Positions 1-6,897 of a stretch of 32,000 nt of DNA are shown piece after piece. The position numbers and the translations under genes were made by a program. A model generated the notes under the pieces. The model worked only from the letters and a program-made list of their open reading frames with translations. It did no database searches and was not told where the DNA came from. Source of the stretch: Bacillota bacterium (lineage in GTDB: Bacteria > Bacillota > Clostridia > Lachnospirales > Lachnospiraceae); the NCBI GenBank assembly GCA_023413555.1, contig JAEZPG010000029.1:10810-42809 (forward strand). Reading direction: 5' to 3'. Position 1 is the stretch's first letter, and every line of letters begins with the position of its first letter.

Positions 1-297
1 AAACTCTTTATCCCAAAGCTCACGCCTCTTATATTTGCTGACAATTCCTTTTTGATAAAAGATGTCTAGATCCTCTTGTGTAAGCTCCACCCTCATACTA
101 ATTATGATAGGCTTTTTCTTGTCCAGAAAATCATGTTCCTTCACTGGGTAATTACCAGCCACCATACGAATCGCATCAATAACAACAGTCTTTCCTGTAT
201 TATTTTTACCGACAAGAATCAATACATTATCCACATCCGGAATCTCAAGGTTTCGAATCGATTTAAAGTTTTCAATCCTAATGGTACATAATTTCAT
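1..297 (-). CDS. AAA-type ATPase, N-terminal fragment (OLD-family / AAA_15-like P-loop); gene runs off the left edge
   Basis: The reverse complement from ATG at 297 is open to position 1 (99 codons): MKLCTIRIENFKSIRNLEIPDVDNVLILVGKNNTGKTVVIDAIRMVAGNYPV... The I.NFKS...L.....vLvGkNNtGKT pattern is the usual N-terminus and Walker A of OLD-family/AAA_15 ATPases. A GGGGTGGG SD-like element lies just upstream. The track ORF 76..291(+) is its antisense shadow. Confidence 0.6.
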   Translation of the reverse strand, partial: MKLCTIRIENFKSIRNLEIPDVDNVLILVGKNNTGKTVVIDAIRMVAGNYPVKEHDFLDKKKPIIISMRVELTQEDLDIFYQKGIVSKYKRRELWDKEF

Positions 298-324
298 AGC
301 CCACCCCTAACTGGCATCGGTGTC

Positions 325-951
325 TTACCGCTTCTGCCTATTCTTATTGTTATTTTTAGAATTACTAAAATGCTGTCTTGCTTTTTTCTGCGTTTTTTTT
401 ACAGAATAGCCAAAGGTTCCTAACTTCTTTCCTAAATTATAATACTCACCATGGGAATATACAATGGGATTGGCTTGGGACAAATGAAACTTTCCTAATT
501 CATCCATATACTCCTCATCTACATGAACTGCCACAACCTTTGCTATAAACATGTGATGGGAGCCAAGGGGTATTATATCAACTACCGCACATTCTATATT
601 GACAGGGCTCTCATTAATCATAGGTGCATGTTTTAAGCTTCCCATTACTGCTGTAAGTCCTGTTTCTTTAAATTTATCTATATCTCGTCCTGATTTGACA
701 CCACAAAAGTCAGTGCTATAGGCTAGTTTTTCTGTGGTGAGATTAATGACAAATTCCTCACTCTTTTTTATTATGTTATAGGAATATCGCTCCGGCCTTA
801 CGGAAATATAGACCATAGCAGGATTGGTGCAGATTGTTCCAGTCCAAGCTACTGTAATAATATTGGGTACCTTGCCTTCCTCCTTGCAACTAACCATAAC
901 TACCGGCAACGGATACACCATATTACCAGGTTTCCATACATGTTTTCCCAT
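325..951 (-). CDS. flavin reductase-like (FMN-binding split-barrel) family protein with a basic C-terminal tail
   Basis: 208-aa ORF. PLPVVMVSC....PNIITVAWTGTICTNPAMVYISVRP.RYSYNIIKKSEEFVINL......STDFCGVKSGRDIDKF matches the flavin reductase domain pattern. The stop lies 27 nt upstream of the ATPase start at 297. Confidence 0.85.
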   Translation of the reverse strand: MGKHVWKPGNMVYPLPVVMVSCKEEGKVPNIITVAWTGTICTNPAMVYISVRPERYSYNIIKKSEEFVINLTTEKLAYSTDFCGVKSGRDIDKFKETGLTAVMGSLKHAPMINESPVNIECAVVDIIPLGSHHMFIAKVVAVHVDEEYMDELGKFHLSQANPIVYSHGEYYNLGKKLGTFGYSVKKTQKKARQHFSNSKNNNKNRQKR

Positions 952-1086
952 AATTCTTCTCCTATTGCTAATTTTTAGTTTCCTACTATTACTATTTTAT
1001 CATAATACTCCGAAATATCATACGGATAAGGTTAATGATATAAATCAAACGAGTCCTAGATACGCACAACCAAGGAGGGTTTTCTT

Positions 1087-1425
1087 ATGGCTCAATACAT
1101 TACGATTGAAAATGTATCTGCTGAAGATAAAAATAAAGTTAAACAGGATCTGAAATATCGAACCGCTAAATTTATTTGGAAAGTTGCTTTTAATATCGAT
1201 TTAGACCCAGAATCCGTAAACAATACTACCGTGTCTGTTATGACCATGAACCGTACTCAAGTAAACACCTATATAAAATATAATCCAGCAACGAAATGTA
1301 TTGAAATTGAACCTTTAGAAGCATATGCGGAGAATGAATCCTATATACTAGTTGTATCCAATAAGGTCCTATCTAAATCCGGAAAATTCTTAAAGAAACA
1401 AATGGTAGTACAATTTAAGATTTAG
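1087..1425 (+). CDS. small hypothetical protein, probable SbsA/Big_5-type Ig-like domain, no signal peptide
   Basis: 112-aa ORF with an AGGAGGG SD 8 nt upstream of the ATG. The segment DLDPESVNNTTVSV......V.T.IKYNPATKCIEIEPLEAYAENESYILVVSNKVLSKSGKFL follows the Ig-like (SbsA_Ig) pattern '...md..sv....i.v.......yd...k.v.i.P...l....Y.l.v...v.d..G..l'. Confidence 0.55.
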   Translation: MAQYITIENVSAEDKNKVKQDLKYRTAKFIWKVAFNIDLDPESVNNTTVSVMTMNRTQVNTYIKYNPATKCIEIEPLEAYAENESYILVVSNKVLSKSGKFLKKQMVVQFKI

Positions 1426-1564
1426 CTTGTCTGTTTTTGGTTTCCTTAAGCATGAAGAAATCTATCCTTTATAATCAAACAGTAACCTTGCAATATGAAA
1501 TATTGACAGACTACTTGGTTTATGCCATAATACATGGCTGGCTTTACACTAAATAATTAATCTC

Positions 1565-2335
1565 TCACTCCTGGAGTATTTTTTGATACTCCTTATTTTC
1601 TCTTAAAAAATCATACATTTCACTATTTTGCAATTCTTTTATCAACCCTGGCAAAAATGCTTCCAGGGTATATTGGGATTTTTCTTTATTAATTCTGTAA
1701 CAAAGAGGCGAGTTCTTAAGCGACACTGGTTCTTTTGCTGCTTGTAACATATATCCTTGAAGTTCCATTATCGCCTTTTGAACCATACGTTCCGATAATT
1801 CTGCTGCCTCATTCCCTTCATTTTCCCTAACATTGTGTTAATTTTTAATAAATCCTTATTTAATCCATTGTGTTCCGGTAGTTGATCTATATCGTGCTGT
1901 GCATCATCAAATTGCTCATTATTGATGCATTTGCTAACTAACATGTAGAGTGTACCTTTTCTGATTCTATCTTCCTTGCTGGAAATGCATCTTTCATACC
2001 AAGAAAGAATGATATCCTTGTACTTTTCAATATCCGTTCTTCCTTCTTTCATAACCAGTATCCCACCCATCAACAAGGCCATATTATAAATTAAACTATC
2101 ACTATTTGGATATTCCTGAATCTTAAGGGAGGCCTCTTTTAACCCTTCCTCAAATCCCGACTCTTGCACAATTGCTGATATTTTCTGCATCCATTCCACA
2201 ATATCCTGCTTAGTTACAACTTCACGAAAACCAAGCAGCGTATTCACGTCTACTTTTAATAACCGCGCTAAAGGACATAATAAGCGTCAATCCAAGTTTC
2301 TTTCTATTTTCCTGTATCACCTCATGCATTGTCAT
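1565..2335 (-). pseudogene. decayed XRE-family HTH + TPR-like regulator (internal deletion plus at least two frame changes)
   Basis: ATG at 2335 with a GGAGGGG SD gives MTMHEVIQENRKKLGLT, a typical XRE HTH start. That frame then runs into nonsense and stops. A second frame continues LCPLARLLKVDVNTLLGFREV..., which is the usual tail of the HTH domain, so the recognition-helix segment appears deleted. The helical repeat body is split again between ORFs 1768..2247 and 1565..1786. Confidence 0.55.
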
Positions 2336-2642
2336 TCTTAATCATCCCCTCCTTAAGTTAGAAAGATATTATATCTTAAGTATACTATACAAAATATCCC
2401 TATACAATTGAGCACACATTTAACTTTCAAGCACAAATATTAACTCCTAGTTAATTTATGTAAACAATTTCTCCTCCCTTATGTGACCAACAATGTCCTC
2501 TTAAAATTACACCAGAAAATCTAAGACGGCCACAGATATCATTAGTGGCGGCTTTCGTGGTACAGGATCTAGGACTTTAAAGTGCTTCGTAAAGCCTCAT
2601 GTCCCCTACAGTAATAGGTCTACAACGCCAACGTTACAGGTA

Positions 2643-2698
2643 AGATAGCAAAAGAGCACAAACCGGTATATGTGTTTCATACCAGCTTTGTGCTCTTA
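2643..2698 (-). terminator. intrinsic terminator downstream of the CBS-pyrophosphatase gene
   Basis: On the minus strand AAGAGCACAAAgctggtat...ataccggTTTGTGCTCTT forms an 11-bp GC-containing stem plus an inner extension, followed by TTTGCTATCTT. It lies 50 nt after the stop at 2748. Confidence 0.6.
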
Positions 2699-2747
2699 TC
2701 TATCTTATACGCGAAGCGTGCTACCACTATCTAAATTCGTAGATAAC

Positions 2748-4406
2748 TCACTCTTCCTTCTGCTGCAATGTAGATACCAACGCAGGTATCAACTGTTTCT
2801 TTCTACTCACTACTCCCGGAAGAAGAATTCTATCCCCTTCTCCACTTAGTTGAAAAGCTTGTCTTACAATCTCATAGGCTCCATCACCCTTGTATAACAG
2901 CTCCGTAGATTCTTCAATAATGTTGGTTAACATAAAGAAGAACATTGGCAACTTGTTATCTCGGTATACCTGCTCAACATAAGGCTCTAGCTTCTTTCTA
3001 ATTAATGACAACTCCTCTTTGGTCATGGCAGTAATCTGTCCTACTCCAAATACCACCTCGCCAGCAGTAAATTGCTTGAAATCCTGATAGAATATTTCTT
3101 CTGGGGACTTGCTTAAAACATTACTTCCTGCTGTAAACATCTGAACCGCATACGGTTCAATATCAATTCCAGCAATCTTTGCCAAGGCTTCAGCTGCATC
3201 CTTATCTGCTTGGGTACAGGTTGGGGAACGGAATACCAAGGTATCTGAGAGAATAGCAGAACAAAGAAGACCTGCAATTGGTGGATCAATGGCGACACTT
3301 TGCTCCTGATACATCTGATACACGATAGTTGAGGTACAGCCTACCGGTTGATTTCTAAAGTACACCGGATTAATGGTCTCTAAGGAACCAATACGATGAT
3401 GATCAATAACCTCTAGTATCTCTGCATCCTCTAATCCATCTACTGCCTGAGAACGCTCATTGTGGTCTACTAAGATTACCTTGCGTCTTTTCACGTCTAA
3501 CAGATTACGACGAGAAATCATTCCATGGAAGTTACCGTCCTTATCTAGAACTGGGAAATCACGGTAGCGTTTCTTGGCCATAATATCCCTTATATCATCT
3601 ATATAATCTTCTCTAGTAAAGGTCACTATCCCATTACTCTTCATAAAATGGGCAATAGGCATACTTTGATTGATTAATCGAGCAACCGTATAGGTATCAT
3701 ACGGAGTACGAATAATCGTACACCCATTTTCCTCTGCTAGCTTGGTTATCGTTCTACTTACTAAAGCACCTTCACAGACAATGATACATTGAGCTTGCAT
3801 CTCTATTGCACACAGTTGTGATTCATAACGATTGCCAAGTATCACTATGTCGCCTTTTTCGATGTAATCCTCCATTAAATCCGGATTAGCTGCAGAAATA
3901 AGTACTTTACCTGAACATATACTTCCTTCTACATCTCCTGTTACCATGTCCCCATCCAAGGTATTAACAATATTACGGTATGAGGTATTGGCAGCTCCTA
4001 TGATCTCATTATCGAATACATTCATATATGCTCTGGTGATATCACCTAAGGTAATGAGACCTTTTAATTTTTTATTTTGAACAATGGGAAGGGTAACGAC
4101 TTTTTGCTCACCCATTTGTTCCCATGCCTGTTTCAATGAGATGTGTGGGTCAACTCCATTGTAAAAGTGGATGTCAATATCCTTTACTTTAAGTTTTACA
4201 TCTCCTAGATACTCCGGTGGAGACACATTAAAATAGTCCAGAATAAATTTGGTTTCTGGGCTCACATGTCCGGCCCTTTTCGCCTTATAACCACCGTTAT
4301 TTAATTTATTTTTTAATTCTGTATAGGCAATAGCGGAACAGATAGAATCTGTATCCGGATTCTTATGACCTATTACATATACAGAACGAATTCGTTGATT
4401 CAACAA
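2748..4406 (-). CDS. CBS-domain family II (DHH/DHHA2) inorganic pyrophosphatase
   Basis: 552-aa ORF with a TTG start and a GGAGG SD 8 nt upstream. It has the N-terminal DHH motif VIGHKNPDTDSICSAIAY, an inserted CBS pair and DRTGG-like region, then VILVDHNE....IDHHRIG and a DHHA2 C-terminus (LSDTL.F.SPT.T..D). Confidence 0.9.
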   Translation of the reverse strand: MLNQRIRSVYVIGHKNPDTDSICSAIAYTELKNKLNNGGYKAKRAGHVSPETKFILDYFNVSPPEYLGDVKLKVKDIDIHFYNGVDPHISLKQAWEQMGEQKVVTLPIVQNKKLKGLITLGDITRAYMNVFDNEIIGAANTSYRNIVNTLDGDMVTGDVEGSICSGKVLISAANPDLMEDYIEKGDIVILGNRYESQLCAIEMQAQCIIVCEGALVSRTITKLAEENGCTIIRTPYDTYTVARLINQSMPIAHFMKSNGIVTFTREDYIDDIRDIMAKKRYRDFPVLDKDGNFHGMISRRNLLDVKRRKVILVDHNERSQAVDGLEDAEILEVIDHHRIGSLETINPVYFRNQPVGCTSTIVYQMYQEQSVAIDPPIAGLLCSAILSDTLVFRSPTCTQADKDAAEALAKIAGIDIEPYAVQMFTAGSNVLSKSPEEIFYQDFKQFTAGEVVFGVGQITAMTKEELSLIRKKLEPYVEQVYRDNKLPMFFFMLTNIIEESTELLYKGDGAYEIVRQAFQLSGEGDRILLPGVVSRKKQLIPALVSTLQQKEE

Positions 4407-4469
4407 GTATAAATCCTCCAGTCCTTTCCGTGATTGTTCTACAACATACCATACACATTTTTAAAAATT

Positions 4470-6116
4470 TTATTCATTGTTAAAATCAGAGGCAAGAATC
4501 ATGTTAATACTACTATTATCTACATTCGTCCTTCCCTCTTCGTTGGTAACCTCCTGTAGGCACCTTTGCTCCATGTTTTCAAGCGTTTTGTTCAGCTCTT
4601 CTAATAGTTTCTTCGGACGATCCTCAGCAAGTTCACTATTCTCTAACCTTTCACACATTACATGTAAGATATCATCTGCATCTTCTTCTATTTCGAATTC
4701 TTTTTCTGACAAGAAATCAACTGCATATTCATACAGCTCCTTTTTGCCATAGGCTTCCATCTTAATCGTATCTTTCACATAATTGGTCAGCATCGGATAG
4801 CTACGGAATAATGATTGAAGATTATCCTGCGTGTCTTCTAGAATTATTAACATATTTCCTTTGAGATCTCTTAACATCTTAATCAGTTGAAGCTGATTCT
4901 CCGCTTGTAGTCCCCCAGCCTTCTCGACAATAAGGTATCCACCCTGTAGTCTCTCGTAATGGTCCTCTAGATTAATGTCATTTAGTCTTTCAATACTTAT
5001 CTTCGCCACTTTCTTATATGGAAACACCTGTAATTCATATAAGATCTTAATTATACATTTTGCCAGGGTGGTCTTACCACTCTTTGAAGTACCTGCTACA
5101 GCAAAAGAATACGGGGTTTGCACTTTAAGCATATCATTTATTAAGTTAACAACTTGTAGGCGTATACTGGAAATATTATAAAACCTTCCAAATAATTCTT
5201 TATATGAGTTTAAGTGAACTTGATCATTCACTGTATCTTCCTCCATATCACCTGAATCATCAGTTTTCTCTTCCTGTATTGGTGTTTCTTCTAGTGTCTG
5301 TTTTTCCTCATCAACATAACTCTCTAGCATTTGTGAAATATTCCTTAAGTCCTGAGTCTTAAATAAATTATCCTCATCGTTTTCTTCCTCTTTATGATTG
5401 TCTCCTTCTGGCTGCGGATCTATTTGATAGGTGCTAACCTCAACCTCTCTATCTTCCTCGTCCTGCAATTCCAACTCTTCCTGCTCAAGAAAATCGATTC
5501 CATTTTCTAAATTTCTCAAAGGTACTCCCTCAGGAATTCCACTTTCACTTCCCATATAGTGTTCTCTTAGCATCTTAGCTTTTTCAACAACCATGCCATC
5601 TCCAAACCATAAAATGATATCGCTACACTCATTGACGCAACGATCCGGCATTCCTGCCTTGTGGTATAGTTTGGCCAGTTCAAAAGCCCATTTTTCAGTA
5701 TAATCATATTGTTTTAATTCCCTTAAGGACTCAATAAGAGCTGGGTAGTCTTTCCCCTCCATTTTATCGAGACGGTAACGGAGGATAAATTTATCAGCAT
5801 CCCGTGGGGCTACCTCTACAAATTCGTTATAATAATATTCTGCATCTTCGACATTTTTACGTTTGATCGCCAGCTTAATCAACTGATAAATAATACGCCG
5901 ACTGCCTGATTTGTCACGTAGTCGTAATAGTATTTTTTCTGCCTCATCATAGTACCCCGTTTGTATATATACCTCAGCAAATATACTTAAATCAGATAAT
6001 ACCTTTACCTTATTAACATCCATGGTGTCCATGATTTTTAAAGCCTTCTGATACATTCTTTTTTCTACCAGTTTACGTATCTCTGAACTTTTTACGATAT
6101 AGTCGTACTTTTCCAT
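4470..6116 (-). CDS. TPR-like N-terminal domain + acidic linker + SpoVK/CbbX-like AAA+ domain with degenerate Walker B and Arg-finger region
   Basis: The track ORF is 4470..6167. The preferred start is ATG 6116 (MEKYDY...), preceded by GGAGGAAGG. The N-terminus has helical repeats (YQKALKIMD..., YYDEAEKILLRL, VEDAEYYYNEFVEVAP). Walker A is AVAGTSKSGKTTLAK. The Walker B position reads GGYLIVEKAGGL rather than the family's GGVLFIDEAY. The NPGL.SRF region reads SYPMLTNYV. Confidence 0.75.
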   Translation of the reverse strand: MEKYDYIVKSSEIRKLVEKRMYQKALKIMDTMDVNKVKVLSDLSIFAEVYIQTGYYDEAEKILLRLRDKSGSRRIIYQLIKLAIKRKNVEDAEYYYNEFVEVAPRDADKFILRYRLDKMEGKDYPALIESLRELKQYDYTEKWAFELAKLYHKAGMPDRCVNECSDIILWFGDGMVVEKAKMLREHYMGSESGIPEGVPLRNLENGIDFLEQEELELQDEEDREVEVSTYQIDPQPEGDNHKEEENDEDNLFKTQDLRNISQMLESYVDEEKQTLEETPIQEEKTDDSGDMEEDTVNDQVHLNSYKELFGRFYNISSIRLQVVNLINDMLKVQTPYSFAVAGTSKSGKTTLAKCIIKILYELQVFPYKKVAKISIERLNDINLEDHYERLQGGYLIVEKAGGLQAENQLQLIKMLRDLKGNMLIILEDTQDNLQSLFRSYPMLTNYVKDTIKMEAYGKKELYEYAVDFLSEKEFEIEEDADDILHVMCERLENSELAEDRPKKLLEELNKTLENMEQRCLQEVTNEEGRTNVDNSSINMILASDFNNE

Positions 6117-6150
6117 GTTCCTTCCTCCACTTACATTCTCAGGTGATTTG

Positions 6151-6864
6151 TTAGGCGTTAATTGCATTCAGATAATACTGCTCCAGAGTGTCATTTTTAT
6201 GGAGTAACTCATGAGTGAGGCCATCTACTATGATTTTTCCCTGTTCCATAATAACAATATGATTACATAAATCCTGTACCTCATTCAGATAGTGGCCGGT
6301 ATAAATAATACTGGCTCCTTCCCGATGTATATTTTTAATAGCCTCTAAGATCCCTTTTCTCGACATAACATCTAATCCCACAGTAGGTTCATCCATCACT
6401 ACTAACTTAGGTTGATGCAGCATTGCAGCACCAATATTCAGTCTACGCTTCATTCCACCTGAATAGGTGGATACCCGTTGCTTAAGCTGAGCCTCAGTAA
6501 AGTCAATAATGTCGGAAATACGCCCTATTGCTCTCTTTAACTCTTGTCCCTTTAATTCATATGCTCTCCCCCAGAACTTTAAGTTATCGATTCCGGATAG
6601 ATTCTCATACAAGGCAATCTCCTGAGGCACATAACCCAACGTTTTTCGAATCCGTATAGGCGACTTAAGGATACTCTTTTCCTCCCAGATAATATCCCCT
6701 CTATCTGGTTTTATTAAAGTTGCTATCATGGATAGGGTGGTAGATTTACCGGCACCATTGGCCCCTAAAAGTCCTAATATTTCCCCTTCCTGTAATGTAA
6801 AGGAGACATCATCTACTGCCTTCTTCCCCCTATAGCTTTTCTTAACGTGACTGACCTCTAACAC
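6151..6864 (-). CDS. ABC transporter ATP-binding protein (ABC-2/DrrA-CcmA-like), no adjacent permease gene
   Basis: 237-aa ORF with a GTG start and an AGGAGG SD 6 nt upstream. All motifs are intact: Walker A GANGAGKST, Q-loop YVPQE, signature YSGGMKRRL, Walker B LVVMDEPTVGLD and H-loop TGHYL. Confidence 0.9.
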   Translation of the reverse strand: MLEVSHVKKSYRGKKAVDDVSFTLQEGEILGLLGANGAGKSTTLSMIATLIKPDRGDIIWEEKSILKSPIRIRKTLGYVPQEIALYENLSGIDNLKFWGRAYELKGQELKRAIGRISDIIDFTEAQLKQRVSTYSGGMKRRLNIGAAMLHQPKLVVMDEPTVGLDVMSRKGILEAIKNIHREGASIIYTGHYLNEVQDLCNHIVIMEQGKIIVDGLTHELLHKNDTLEQYYLNAINA

Positions 6865-6897
6865 TATAATCCTCCTATCAACCCAAAGCTTTTCTTT

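Noticed and set aside
76-291. 71-aa plus-strand ORF at the left edge
   Set aside because: The opposite strand encodes a clean P-loop ATPase N-terminus with an SD and start at 297. The plus-strand ORF has no SD and no motif.
2460-2650. About 190 nt of unassigned sequence between the PPase terminator and the decayed regulator, considered as a possible sRNA, 6S RNA or tmRNA fragment
   Set aside because: I found no conserved ncRNA motif, only short 4-5-bp hairpins, and no flanking promoter and terminator pair. It is more likely residue of the same decay that affected the neighbouring pseudogene. An Infernal/Rfam scan would settle it.
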